From assembly GCA_001786745.1 (NCBI GenBank), contig MFTF01000018.1, forward strand, positions 23,577-87,576: DNA of 64,000 bases. The letters are read 5' to 3'. The notes beneath the pieces are model-generated. The model searched no databases. It was not told the origin of the DNA and saw only the letters and a list, made by a program, of their open reading frames with translations. This DNA is from Candidatus Nomurabacteria bacterium RIFCSPHIGHO2_01_FULL_36_23 (GTDB lineage Bacteria > Patescibacteriota > Minisyncoccia > Phycocordibacterales > UBA9973). The position numbers and the translations under genes were made by a program. Positions within the stretch are counted from its first letter, which is position 1. Each line of letters starts with the position of its first letter. This document shows positions 48,339 to 60,081 of this stretch, in pieces.

Positions 48339-48851
48339 ATGTTAAAAAATTCTAAAGGTTTGGTCTTGGGGGATTCGAAAGGTTTTACATTAATTGAGCT
48401 CTTGGTCGTGGTTGCTATCATCGGTATTTTGGCGTCGGTTGTACTGGCTAGTTTAAACAGCGCCAGAAACAAAGCTGTTGATGTCGCTATAAAGTCCGCA
48501 ATGGCTAACTCTCGCGCGCAAGCAGAGCTATATTACTTTCCAGATGAAACATATAATAATCTCTGCACCGCTGTCGGTGGTGTTGGCCCTATGGTTTTAA
48601 ATGCTGCGCAGAAATTAAATATAGCCGCAGTTGTGGGTGATAATACTCAGCCATTTATTTATGATGATACAGGTACTCTTGCTGGTGCTTCCGTTTGTCA
48701 CGACAGTGATACTGCTTGGGCAGCTGTTACATCCTTAAAGAATCCTACGCTTCCCCCTGGCGGTCCTTTTGCCGGCGGATGGTGTGTTGATTCTACTGGG
48801 GCCTCTAAGGAAGCAACTGCTCTTCTTTCTGGCGAATATGTTTGTCCGTAA
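48339..48851 (+). CDS. Type IV major pilin, paralog 2
   Basis: Motif KGFTLIELLVVVAIIGILASVVLASLNSAR and a variable C-terminus with Cys residues. Confidence 0.8.
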   Translation: MLKNSKGLVLGDSKGFTLIELLVVVAIIGILASVVLASLNSARNKAVDVAIKSAMANSRAQAELYYFPDETYNNLCTAVGGVGPMVLNAAQKLNIAAVVGDNTQPFIYDDTGTLAGASVCHDSDTAWAAVTSLKNPTLPPGGPFAGGWCVDSTGASKEATALLSGEYVCP

Positions 48852-48889
48852 TAAAAATTAATTTTTATTAATTTTAATATTGTAAAAAA

Positions 48890-49438
48890 ATGAATTTCAC
48901 GGAAAATTTTAAGAAAGGTTCCGCCTCGGCTTGCCGAAGGCGAGACGGGTTTACATTAATTGAACTCTTGGTCGTAGTTGCCATCATTGGCATTTTAGCT
49001 TCAGTGGTTTTGGCTTCGCTTAATTCAGCCCGAGGCAAGGGCGCTGATGCTACTATAAAATCAAACCTAGTCAATATGCGTCCGCAAGCGGAGATTCTTT
49101 ATGATTCATGGGGAAATTATGCTGTGGACGCCACGCCTACATACTTTGCTCTTGGTCAATGTACAAATGTTGGTACTGGAGCGGATACCCTTTTCTCTAA
49201 TCCTACCATCTGGAGTCAGATAACATCTGCTTATAATGCTGGTGCCGGAATTGCATCTACTAGGTGTTATTCATCATCTGGAGCTTATGCAGTTGCAGTA
49301 CAGCTTAAAACTAGTGATGGGAACACAGCTCCATTACCAGATTCTTGGTGTGTAGATAGCACAGGAGCAAGTAAGGCATATACCTGGGCTGCAGCTGAGA
49401 CAATCGCTACTTCCATCAACGCTACTTTTTGCCGATAG
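48890..49438 (+). CDS. Type IV major pilin, paralog 3
   Basis: Motif DGFTLIELLVVVAIIGILASVVLASLNSAR. Its leader is shared with paralog 1. Confidence 0.8.
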   Translation: MNFTENFKKGSASACRRRDGFTLIELLVVVAIIGILASVVLASLNSARGKGADATIKSNLVNMRPQAEILYDSWGNYAVDATPTYFALGQCTNVGTGADTLFSNPTIWSQITSAYNAGAGIASTRCYSSSGAYAVAVQLKTSDGNTAPLPDSWCVDSTGASKAYTWAAAETIATSINATFCR

Positions 49439-49453
49439 TTTAAGGAAGGCAAG

Positions 49454-49478
49454 CAAGGATACTCCTTGATATTTTTTA
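49454..49478 (+). terminator. Intrinsic terminator after the pilin triplet (caagga-tac-tccttg plus TTTTTT)
   Basis: Perfect 6-bp stem and a U-tract 3 nt downstream. Confidence 0.6.
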
Positions 49479-49519
49479 TTAAATTAGTTTTTTAGTTTAT
49501 ATATTGTTATAATACGGAA

Positions 49520-50353
49520 ATGGAAAGTCTTGTAGTATTTATCTTTTTTATCTTTGGCCTGATTATTGGGAGTTTTTTAAATGTTGTAATTTACCGATAT
49601 AATACGCAAAAATCCTTCGGTGGGCGGAGCGCGTGTATGTCTTGCCAAAATAAACTTTACTGGTATGAACTTATGCCGCTTATTAGTTTTTTAGGGTTGA
49701 AGGGGAGATGCCGAAGTTGTAAAACTAAAATTTCAATTCAGTATCCGCTGGTGGAGTTGGCTACTGGATTAATTTTTGCCTTACTTTTTCTAAAACTTTC
49801 CGCCCAAGACGGATCTGCCTATGGCGGACAAAATATTTATAATTTTTTTAATTTAGCATTCATCGCTACTTATGCTTATTACTCCACAATGTTTTCACTG
49901 CTTATAATCATCGCAGCCTATGACCTTCGGCATAAAATAATTCCAGATGCTCTTTCTCTGGTTTTTGGTATTCTCGCATTTTTAGGCCTATTTTTTTTCA
50001 TTAGTTATAGTCTGCCTGCGCAGACAGGTTTTTATCTGCATCTTCCATCAATTTTTGAATTCTTGTCGGGCGGATTGATCGCTTTGCCCTTTGCTTTATT
50101 TTGGCTTATATCAAGGGGTACTTGGATGGGGCTGGGAGATGCTAAGCTGGCAGTGGGTTTGGGTTGGCTCCTCGGTTTATCTCGGGCGCTCTCTGGTCTA
50201 GTGGTCGCTTTTTGGTCCGGGGCTATAATAGGGCTTTTTCTTATTATTTTTTCAAAAAAGTATGGAATGAAAAGTGAAATTCCTTTTGCTCCGTTTTTAG
50301 TTTTGGGCGCGCTTTTAGCATTTCTTTTTGAATTACACCTTTTTGCTTTTTAA
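49520..50353 (+). CDS. pilD: Prepilin peptidase PilD (A24 family)
   Basis: N-terminal tetracysteine CMSCQNK...CRSCKTK and a polytopic TM domain with conserved Asp residues. Confidence 0.8.
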   Translation: MESLVVFIFFIFGLIIGSFLNVVIYRYNTQKSFGGRSACMSCQNKLYWYELMPLISFLGLKGRCRSCKTKISIQYPLVELATGLIFALLFLKLSAQDGSAYGGQNIYNFFNLAFIATYAYYSTMFSLLIIIAAYDLRHKIIPDALSLVFGILAFLGLFFFISYSLPAQTGFYLHLPSIFEFLSGGLIALPFALFWLISRGTWMGLGDAKLAVGLGWLLGLSRALSGLVVAFWSGAIIGLFLIIFSKKYGMKSEIPFAPFLVLGALLAFLFELHLFAF

Positions 50354-50979
50354 TGACAATATTTAATAAAAAAATAAAGAAAAATGCGGGAATGACTTAT
50401 GTGGAGCTTATTGTTGTTTTAAGTATTTTTGCTGTATTATCTTCTGTGATTATTTTTAATCATGGCAAATTTCAAGCAAAAGTGGACCTAAAAAATTTGG
50501 CCAGCGATATCGCTTTAAAAATTGTTGAAGCGCAAAAATCGGCTCTTTCCGGCAAATGGAATTCAAACGCTCTCACGAACTGGAAACCCTCCTATGGCGT
50601 TTTTTTGACTTCATCCCTGTTACAAGATTATTCTGATAATATTTATCTTAACAAAAAATTTATTTATTTTGCCGATTTAGATCAAAACAATTCTTTTGAC
50701 GATTCTCCAAGTTGCACAACAACGGAATGTTTGGAAAAAATTACCATAACGAAAGGTAATTATATAGACCGGATAGATCGTTATTCAGGCATTACTTCCA
50801 CTCAAATTCTAAACCCTCTATCTGTTACTTTTAAAAGACCAGATTCAAGCGCGGTTTTCAAAGACTCAAATGGTGTAACATTGACTGGTTTTGATTATAT
50901 GCAAATTACAATTAAATCACCCAAAGAAGTAGTGGCTTTTATAAAAATCTATCCTTCCGGCAGAGTGCAGGTGAATTAG
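50353..50979 (+). CDS. Minor pilin or pseudopilin
   Basis: N-terminus AGMTYVELIVVLSIFAVL. Confidence 0.6.
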   Translation: MTIFNKKIKKNAGMTYVELIVVLSIFAVLSSVIIFNHGKFQAKVDLKNLASDIALKIVEAQKSALSGKWNSNALTNWKPSYGVFLTSSLLQDYSDNIYLNKKFIYFADLDQNNSFDDSPSCTTTECLEKITITKGNYIDRIDRYSGITSTQILNPLSVTFKRPDSSAVFKDSNGVTLTGFDYMQITIKSPKEVVAFIKIYPSGRVQVN

Positions 50980-51019
50980 GTTTTAGATTATAGTTGCTAA
51001 GTTCTAGGAATACAAAAAA

Positions 51020-51649
51020 ATGCAAAATAACAACAACAAAAATGGATATACGATAATAGAAACAATGATTGCAGTTTCTCTTTTTTTAGTTATTGCCATA
51101 ACGGGCATGGGCACGCTTTTAAACGCCAATGTACTTCACAATAAATCACAAAATATGCGTTCCATTATGGATGATTTAAATTTTATTATGGAAGATATGT
51201 CCAGAAATATAAGAACGGGATATAGTTATCGTTGTTTTGCCTCTGGTCAATCAATTCCAACTGGCAGTAATGACCCTACTATGGACGATCCAAGAAGTTG
51301 CGCCAATGGCTGGGCAATAGCTTTTGAATATGCCTCTGGTAATTCTGATCCTACTGTTACCAATGATCAATGGGTTTATTATATAGACAATACTGGCAAG
51401 ATTTTTAAATCAACCCAAGGTCCTTACATTGCTTCTAATTTTGTTCAACTAACTCCTGATGAAGTTGTTATCAATACGACGGCTTCTGGTTTTTCAGTAT
51501 TAGGAGCAGGACCATCACCAGACCAACAACAATCTTTTGTTAGCATTAGATTGGTTGGAACGATAACTTATAAACCTGGTACTTCGAGCAGTGTTGTTAC
51601 CCCTTTTTCTTTACAAACTTCAGTGTCTCAAAGGTTGATAGATATTTAA
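51020..51649 (+). CDS. Minor pilin or pseudopilin
   Basis: N-terminus NGYTIIETMIAVSLFLVIAI. Confidence 0.6.
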   Translation: MQNNNNKNGYTIIETMIAVSLFLVIAITGMGTLLNANVLHNKSQNMRSIMDDLNFIMEDMSRNIRTGYSYRCFASGQSIPTGSNDPTMDDPRSCANGWAIAFEYASGNSDPTVTNDQWVYYIDNTGKIFKSTQGPYIASNFVQLTPDEVVINTTASGFSVLGAGPSPDQQQSFVSIRLVGTITYKPGTSSSVVTPFSLQTSVSQRLIDI

Positions 51650-51653
51650 AATT

Positions 51654-52268
51654 ATGAAAATTTTTTTAAAACAAAAGAATAAAGGTCGTCAGATTCTGAG
51701 CTTGTCAAAGGGCTTTACTTTAGTGGAAACACTTGTTGCCATTTCTATTTTTACTACATCCATTTTGGCTTTACTGGTGATTTTATCTGGAAGTATTTCT
51801 AATACCGGTTACGCTAAAAAGAAAATAATAGCTTCATATCTAGCGCAAGAAGGTATTGAGTATATTAGGAATATGCGAGATACTTTTGTACTTTATGGCG
51901 CCACTAGTCAAGCTGGCTGGAATGCATTTAATACCAAAGTTGCGGGACCTTCGGGTAATACTGTTTGCGCAAGCGCAGATGGTTGTTATTTCGGTGATCT
52001 TAATGCGGGGGACTTTACCAATCCTTCGCAACCCATGGCAGGAATTGCAGTTACTGCTTGTGTTGGAGCATGCCCGGAGCTTAAATATGATATTACAACA
52101 GGTAAATATAATTATACCACAGGGGCATCTTCTGGATATATTAGAAAGATTATAGTGAGTCCGATTAGCGTCTATGAAACAAAAATCTCCTCTACTGTTT
52201 ATTGGACGCAAGGTTCTGGTAATTACAATATGGTTTTTTCAGAGAATTTATTTAATTGGGTAGAATAA
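51654..52268 (+). CDS. Minor pilin or pseudopilin
   Basis: N-terminus KGFTLVETLVAISIFTTSILAL. Confidence 0.6.
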   Translation: MKIFLKQKNKGRQILSLSKGFTLVETLVAISIFTTSILALLVILSGSISNTGYAKKKIIASYLAQEGIEYIRNMRDTFVLYGATSQAGWNAFNTKVAGPSGNTVCASADGCYFGDLNAGDFTNPSQPMAGIAVTACVGACPELKYDITTGKYNYTTGASSGYIRKIIVSPISVYETKISSTVYWTQGSGNYNMVFSENLFNWVE

Positions 52269-52269
52269 G

Positions 52270-52731
52270 ATGATAAAAGAAATCAAAAAACTTAATATTT
52301 TTAAAAAAGGGCCTGCCCCGCACGCCCCGACGATACGTCGGGGTCGTTCGGGGTTTGTGATACTCTTTGCGGTTACGCTTTCAAGTATTCTTTTAGCAAT
52401 AGCGTTAGGAGTTGCCAATATAGCGCTTAAAGAAGTGAAATTTGGCACTTCAGCCCGAGATACTAATAACGCTTTTTTTGCAGCTGACACCGGTATAGAA
52501 CTTACGCTTTTTAATGATAAATCTCCTGGCAGTATTTATACACCAGCCCCGGGATTTTGGAGTTTTGTTTTATCTGGCTTGAACTCTAGTGGGCAAGGCT
52601 GTGCCAAGGTGACTGTGGATAAAACTGTTCCACCAGCGACCAAAATTATTTCAAAAGGATACAACGATGGAGGCGCTTCTTGTACTCAGGGATCAAATAG
52701 CGTAGAACGACAGCTAGAAGTAAATTACTGA
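52270..52731 (+). CDS. PilX-like minor pilin
   Basis: PilX_N-like N-terminus RRGRSGFVILFAVTLSSILLAIALG. Confidence 0.5.
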   Translation: MIKEIKKLNIFKKGPAPHAPTIRRGRSGFVILFAVTLSSILLAIALGVANIALKEVKFGTSARDTNNAFFAADTGIELTLFNDKSPGSIYTPAPGFWSFVLSGLNSSGQGCAKVTVDKTVPPATKIISKGYNDGGASCTQGSNSVERQLEVNY

Positions 52732-52735
52732 TTGA

Positions 52736-54880
<2,145 letters not shown>

Positions 54881-54890
54881 ATTTCCTAAC

Positions 54891-54978
54891 TGGCGGAGGG
54901 TAGGAGATTCGGACTCCTGATGGATTTCTCCATACACGCTTTCCAAGCGTGCGCACTAGACCTCTATGCGAACCCTCC
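54891..54978 (-). tRNA. tRNA-Ser (anticodon GGA), type II, CCA encoded; T-loop has C at position 55
   Basis: Minus-strand fold: acceptor GGAGGGT/ACCCTCC, D-stem GCA/TGC with loop TAGAGGTCTAG, anticodon stem CACGC/GCGTG with loop TTGGAAA, variable arm ATGGA-GAAA-TCCAT, T-arm AGGAG-TCCGAAT-CTCCT, then G-CCA. Confidence 0.65.
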
Positions 54979-55039
54979 TTATTCTTAATTTACATTATTT
55001 TCAGCAAAAAGAAAGTTCTCCATGTTATAATTAGTACAA

Positions 55040-58000
55040 ATGAAGCAAAAACTTGAAGGAGAATTTAATGTTGAATATAAAAAGCTGAATAAAGAACAGA
55101 AAGAAGCTGTGGATACCATAGAGGGTCCAGTCATGGTGGTTGCCGGACCTGGCACAGGCAAAACGCAAATATTGGCGTTGCGCATCGGCAACATTCTGCT
55201 CAAAACAGACACTCCGGCAGACGGTATTTTATGTCTTACTTTTACCAATGCAGGAGTTTTCGCGATGAAAGAACGTTTAAGTAAATATATTGGCGCCACA
55301 AGTTCCAAGATAAATATTTTCACTTTTCACAGTTTTGGAATGAAAATCATTGAAGAGTATTATGGCATACTTGAACTGGAAACTGCGCCGAAGCTTCTGG
55401 ATGATACAGATATAATCATACTCTATGATGAACTTCTTTTTGATCACGAGTGGGAATATTTGCGTTCACGCGCCGACTCCACTAGGCATTTTGGAGACTT
55501 AAAATCTTTAATTTCAATTTTTAAAAAAGATCGTATCAGCCCCCAAAATTTTTTGAAAGAAATAGAGAACGATATTTATAATCTAAAAAACGATCCTAAA
55601 AGTATCTCTATCCGCGGGGAAAGCAAGGGAGAAATAAAAAAAGATATTTTACGGAAAATTGAAGGACTGAACCGCACGCTTGAGGTGGCAAAATTTTTTG
55701 AACTCTATGAAAAAACAAAAAAAGAAAAAAATGTTTTTGATTATGATGATGTTTTAGAAAATCTGGTAAGGATTGCGGAGATTTCTCCGAGTTTCTGCGC
55801 CGACATTAGAGAAAAATACATTTATGTTTTGATTGATGAGCATCAAGATTCGAGCGGGGTACAGAATGAATTTTTAGAGAAAATTTGGGGAGAAGTTGAA
55901 AAGCCGAATATTTTTGTGGTTGGAGACGATCGCCAGCTAATATACGGCTTTGGCGGGGCTTCTATCGCTTATTTTGAGGGTTTTAAGCATTCTTTTGGCA
56001 AAGCAAAGCTTATTACGCTAGTAGATAATTATCGCTCTACGCAAGTCATTTTAGACGCATCTGATTCTCTCTTAAAAAGCTCTCTGTCAACGGAAAAACT
56101 TTTAAGTCACCGAAAAGAAACTCATCCTGTTCGCCTAGTGGAAGCCGACTATCCCAGAGATGAAATTATTGCTTGCGCATTGGATATACAAAAAAAAATA
56201 TCCGCCCAAAGCAGGAAAAATAAAATAAATGTAAATGATTGCGCTATTCTTGTACCCAAAAATAAACAAGCGCGTAGCGCCGCCTTAATTCTTCGCGATA
56301 TGTCTTTGCCGGTTTCCAGCTTGAATGCTTTTCTTTTTTTTGATTCTGATGAAGCGCAATCTTATTTGCGGGTTTTAAAAATAATCGGCAATCCTTATGA
56401 CAGCGGAAACCTAGCTTTATCTTTTTTTGATAAACTGTCCGGTCTTGATTTGATTTCGGCGCATAAATTTATTACCGAGAATGATATGAAAAAATTTTCC
56501 TTAATTAATCTAGCGGAACAAAAAACTTCTTTGTTTAAAGATACCAACCCCGCGAATAGCTGGACAAACAAACTCCTTTTTTGGTTAAAAGAGTCGCAAA
56601 AATTGAATGTCTATTCTCTGACCCAATTAATCGGCGATGAGTTGCTCTTAAAAAACGCTTCTGACCACGAAACCTTGATTTCTCGAGTAGAAATAGTCCG
56701 CACCGTTTTAAATTTAATTCTTTCACAAATAGAAAAAAATCCCAAACTCACTCTTTCTGAATTTTTATCTTTTATTGATCGGCTGGAAGCCTATGGGGAA
56801 AATATACCGCTTGCCATATTTTCTGCTGACGAGGGAGTAAAAGTTTTAACTTTGCATGGATCAAAGGGGCTTGAGTTTGACTATGTATGGATCGCGCATA
56901 TGGATGAAAGATCTTTAATGTCTGGAAAAAGGCCGGGTTTTGTTTTGCCGGAGATGATTGAAAAAAATATGGAAAAAAAAGATGAAGAAGTGGTAAAACG
57001 GCAGCTCTATGTGGCGATAACTCGAGCCAGACGTTTTTGCGCTATTTCTTTTGCCAAGCATTCTTATACCGGGGGAGATCAAGAACTTGCTCATGTTGTG
57101 GCGGATTTACCGGAAGGAATTTTAGAGAAACAAGACAGCGCTAAAACAGAAAAATCTATTTTAAAACATAACCCAAAAGCTTATGTCAGCAAAAAATCCC
57201 AAGCGAAAGAACATTTTGATATTAAGACTCTCAAAAAAATAGTGGCGAAGAAATATGAAAAAAGAAAAGTTTCCGTCTCGCTTCTAAATAATTTTTTTGA
57301 ATGTCCGTGGAAGTGGTATTTTAGAAATTTATTGCAATTACCGGAACCAAAAAGAGAGAGTTTAGAGTTCGGGAACGCCGTACATGCTTCTATTGATAAA
57401 ATTTTAAAAATGAATAGCCGACCCTCTCTAAAAGAAATTGAAAATATAGTGAAAATTGAAGTTTCTAAAAGAAAATATGGAAATGAAAAGATACAAAAGC
57501 AAATGCAAAAAGATGTTCTAAAAATAATTTCTAAATGGGTAACAAATCGTTTGCCCCAAATAAAATCAAACAGGGAAAATGAAAAAAGTGTTTCATGTAA
57601 GTATGAAAAGTTACCACATCTAAATATTTATGGGAAAATAGATTTAGTAGAAAAACTTGATGCAAAAACTTTAAGAGTTACCGATTTTAAAACCGGAGGC
57701 ATAAGAAAAAAGAATGATATGGAGAAAATGGATGAAGAAGGAAGAATGAGCGCATATTTACGCCAACTTGCGATGTATTCTTATTTATTGGAACATAGTT
57801 CAAGGGGTAAATTAAATGTGCGAAAGAGCCGACTAGAATTTTTGGAATCTAAAAACAAAGAAGAAACTTTTTACGATAGAATAATTACAAAAAAGGAAAT
57901 TGAGCTTTTAATGAAAGATATCGTAGATTATGATACTTTTGTAAAAAGTGGAAAATGGTTAGAGCGTGATTGTTATTACAATTCATATGGTAAAGACAGC

Positions 58001-58063
58001 GAGTGCGAATATTGCAAATTAGCGAAAATTTACACTGGGCCATTATCTAGCCAACCAAGATAA
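55040..58063 (+). CDS. UvrD/PcrA-family helicase fused to a C-terminal RecB-like (Cas4/AddB-type, Cys-cluster) nuclease domain
   Basis: Helicase motifs VMVVAGPGTGKTQ, DEHQD and VGDDRQ. The C-terminal PD-(D/E)xK carries GKIDLVEK...VTDFKTG plus Cys residues CPWKW...CYYNSYGKDSECEYC. Confidence 0.75.
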   Translation: MKQKLEGEFNVEYKKLNKEQKEAVDTIEGPVMVVAGPGTGKTQILALRIGNILLKTDTPADGILCLTFTNAGVFAMKERLSKYIGATSSKINIFTFHSFGMKIIEEYYGILELETAPKLLDDTDIIILYDELLFDHEWEYLRSRADSTRHFGDLKSLISIFKKDRISPQNFLKEIENDIYNLKNDPKSISIRGESKGEIKKDILRKIEGLNRTLEVAKFFELYEKTKKEKNVFDYDDVLENLVRIAEISPSFCADIREKYIYVLIDEHQDSSGVQNEFLEKIWGEVEKPNIFVVGDDRQLIYGFGGASIAYFEGFKHSFGKAKLITLVDNYRSTQVILDASDSLLKSSLSTEKLLSHRKETHPVRLVEADYPRDEIIACALDIQKKISAQSRKNKINVNDCAILVPKNKQARSAALILRDMSLPVSSLNAFLFFDSDEAQSYLRVLKIIGNPYDSGNLALSFFDKLSGLDLISAHKFITENDMKKFSLINLAEQKTSLFKDTNPANSWTNKLLFWLKESQKLNVYSLTQLIGDELLLKNASDHETLISRVEIVRTVLNLILSQIEKNPKLTLSEFLSFIDRLEAYGENIPLAIFSADEGVKVLTLHGSKGLEFDYVWIAHMDERSLMSGKRPGFVLPEMIEKNMEKKDEEVVKRQLYVAITRARRFCAISFAKHSYTGGDQELAHVVADLPEGILEKQDSAKTEKSILKHNPKAYVSKKSQAKEHFDIKTLKKIVAKKYEKRKVSVSLLNNFFECPWKWYFRNLLQLPEPKRESLEFGNAVHASIDKILKMNSRPSLKEIENIVKIEVSKRKYGNEKIQKQMQKDVLKIISKWVTNRLPQIKSNRENEKSVSCKYEKLPHLNIYGKIDLVEKLDAKTLRVTDFKTGGIRKKNDMEKMDEEGRMSAYLRQLAMYSYLLEHSSRGKLNVRKSRLEFLESKNKEETFYDRIITKKEIELLMKDIVDYDTFVKSGKWLERDCYYNSYGKDSECEYCKLAKIYTGPLSSQPR

Positions 58064-58162
58064 AAACCCAAAATCATAAAGAGGATTATTAAAATAATTA
58101 AAATCCAATAGGTTTTTTGCACCTTTTTATTGTATCAAATTTTTGATATAGTTTAACTATTA

Positions 58163-58879
58163 ATGAATTCAGAAATTAAAAAAGGCACGGAACATCCGCT
58201 TTCAATGGTTATAAATGAAGCAGTAAAGATTTTTATTGACTTGGGTTTTGAAGTTGCTACAGGACCAGAACTTGAAGATGTTTGGCATAATTTTGATGCG
58301 CTAAATATTCCCAAAGATCATCCAGCGCGAGACATGCAAGACACCTTTTTTATTAAGGATAAGAAAGAATCTGTGCTTCGTACACATACTACGACTGTGA
58401 CAGTTCGTTCCATAGAACAAGCAGGAAAAGAAGAGAGACTACCTTGTGCTTTTATTTCTATCGGCAAAGTTTTTAGAAATGAAGCCACAGACATAACGCA
58501 CGAAATGCAATTTTATCAAATAGATGGAATAATGGTGGGTAATATAGATGACGATATTTCGCTTGCTGATTTAAAAGGCGTGCTCATGCGATTTTATAAA
58601 AAGATGCTTGGAGAAAATACTGATATTGAGTTTCGTCCAAGTTTTTTTTCTTTTACTGAGCCCTCCATCGAAGTGTATGTAAAATTTAATGGCAAATGGT
58701 TGGAAATGATGGGCGCAGGAATGATTCATCCGAATGTTTTACGCAATTGCGGGCTAGATCCGGCGAAAGTTCAAGGTTTCGCTTTCGGTGGAGGACTTGA
58801 TCGCATCGCTATGATTAAATGGGGCATTCCTGACGTCCGTCTTTTTTATCAAGGGGATTTAAGGCTCAATCAGTTCTAG
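58163..58879 (+). CDS. pheS: Phenylalanyl-tRNA synthetase alpha subunit (catalytic core, short N-terminus)
   Basis: Motif 2 FRPSFFSFTEPSIEV and motif 3 GFAFGGGLDRIAMIKWGIPDVRLF. Confidence 0.85.
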   Translation: MNSEIKKGTEHPLSMVINEAVKIFIDLGFEVATGPELEDVWHNFDALNIPKDHPARDMQDTFFIKDKKESVLRTHTTTVTVRSIEQAGKEERLPCAFISIGKVFRNEATDITHEMQFYQIDGIMVGNIDDDISLADLKGVLMRFYKKMLGENTDIEFRPSFFSFTEPSIEVYVKFNGKWLEMMGAGMIHPNVLRNCGLDPAKVQGFAFGGGLDRIAMIKWGIPDVRLFYQGDLRLNQF

Positions 58880-58895
58880 TTTTAAATTTTTATTT

Positions 58896-59288
58896 ATGGA
58901 GTATAAAAAACATTTTGATTCTTGGAATAAAAAGAAAAAAGTTCTTGACCAGAAAGAAGTTTCTGAGCAAATGTTTTTTAACGAACGAGAAATTTGGTGG
59001 GGTTCAATTGGTGTAAATATTGGTTATGAGCAAGATGGAAAAAATGATAATTTTGAAAGGCCACTTTTAATTGTTAAAAAATTTAATAGATCTATAGTAT
59101 GGATTGTACCACTTACGACAATTGCAAAAGACAATAAATTTCATCACAAGTTGAAAAAGAGTGGTTCTTTTGTCATACTTTCACAGATACGACTTGTTAG
59201 TACAAAAAGATTCTTGCGTTTAGTTGAGACGATCAACGAGAATGAATTCAGGGATATTATCAGTAAAATAAAGAATTTTCTGCCATAA
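58896..59288 (+). CDS. PemK/MazF-like protein (putative endoribonuclease toxin fold) with an N-terminal extension
   Basis: Pattern EIWWGSIGVNIGYEQDGK..RPLLIV, IVPLTT and ILSQIRLVSTKRF aligns with the MazF/Kid core (IWxVDFDPxxGxEQxGxRPAVVLS, CVPCTT). No adjacent antitoxin ORF was seen. Confidence 0.45.
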   Translation: MEYKKHFDSWNKKKKVLDQKEVSEQMFFNEREIWWGSIGVNIGYEQDGKNDNFERPLLIVKKFNRSIVWIVPLTTIAKDNKFHHKLKKSGSFVILSQIRLVSTKRFLRLVETINENEFRDIISKIKNFLP

Positions 59289-59454
59289 AAGCGAAACCCC
59301 GCCTTTCAGCGGGGAATCTCGGAGGGCTAACGCCCATTTACCTCATGAGTATATACCCAATGGAAACAAAAGTCAAGCAAGTAAATATGGAGTCATTTAA
59401 CATCAATTTTGGCCTTTTTATCGGCGAGACTTAAGACTTAATCAATTTTAGTAT

Positions 59455-60078
59455 ATGGTAAATCCCATAGAACAGGGCAATATAAAAGATTTCAAAGAAA
59501 AGAAAGATAGCATTCAGCGCTCTTTGTTTATTGCTGTCACTGTATATGCGACCTTTTTGTTAACTTACTATTTATTGCTTAATTTTTTCTGTTTTAATTT
59601 TCTATTAGAAATAAAAAAAGCTTTTTGGATAATATTTATCTCAAACTCTATTATTGTTTTAATTAATCATATATTTCATTTTTGCATCAGCATCAAACTT
59701 TCTTATAAAACTTATCTCAAGGATCATGTTTTTGAATCGTTTTCTGACTGCTATGCTAGGTGTATAGCCGGATTTCTTGAGATGGTTTTTTACACAATAT
59801 CTTTTGCTACAGGACACTATGAGTTAGTTGTTGGATATTTGGTGTTAAAAACTATTTCTGCATGGGGTAAGGGTGAGGCAGTCACTGTTCCTTTTGATAA
59901 AAAAACTAATGACGAACAAGAGACAATAAAAAATGAAGAAAAAATTATGAGTAATAGGAAAAAAGGAGGGCTTTCTACTACTATCCTTAGGATCGCAACT
60001 GTGATTGCTCTAATGTCTTCTTTAATTGCTGCTCAATTTATACCTTTGTCTATTATTAATTTTTTAAAACCAATTTAA
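59455..60078 (+). CDS. Hypothetical polytopic membrane protein
   Basis: 4-5 predicted TM helices. No motif. Confidence 0.4.
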   Translation: MVNPIEQGNIKDFKEKKDSIQRSLFIAVTVYATFLLTYYLLLNFFCFNFLLEIKKAFWIIFISNSIIVLINHIFHFCISIKLSYKTYLKDHVFESFSDCYARCIAGFLEMVFYTISFATGHYELVVGYLVLKTISAWGKGEAVTVPFDKKTNDEQETIKNEEKIMSNRKKGGLSTTILRIATVIALMSSLIAAQFIPLSIINFLKPI

Positions 60079-60081
60079 TTT

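Noticed and set aside
51840-52211. Overlapping ORFs 51840..52211 (-) and 51856..52155 (+) inside the minor pilin gene.
   Set aside because: They sit in alternate frames of the supported pseudopilin CDS 51654..52268. They reflect the local GC-richer composition.
59289-59454. The 166-nt non-coding gap with the hairpin ccccgc-ctttca-gcgggg after the MazF-like gene, considered as a possible small RNA.
   Set aside because: There is no U-tract, no recognisable tRNA, tmRNA or riboswitch signature, and nothing to compare it with. It is left unannotated.
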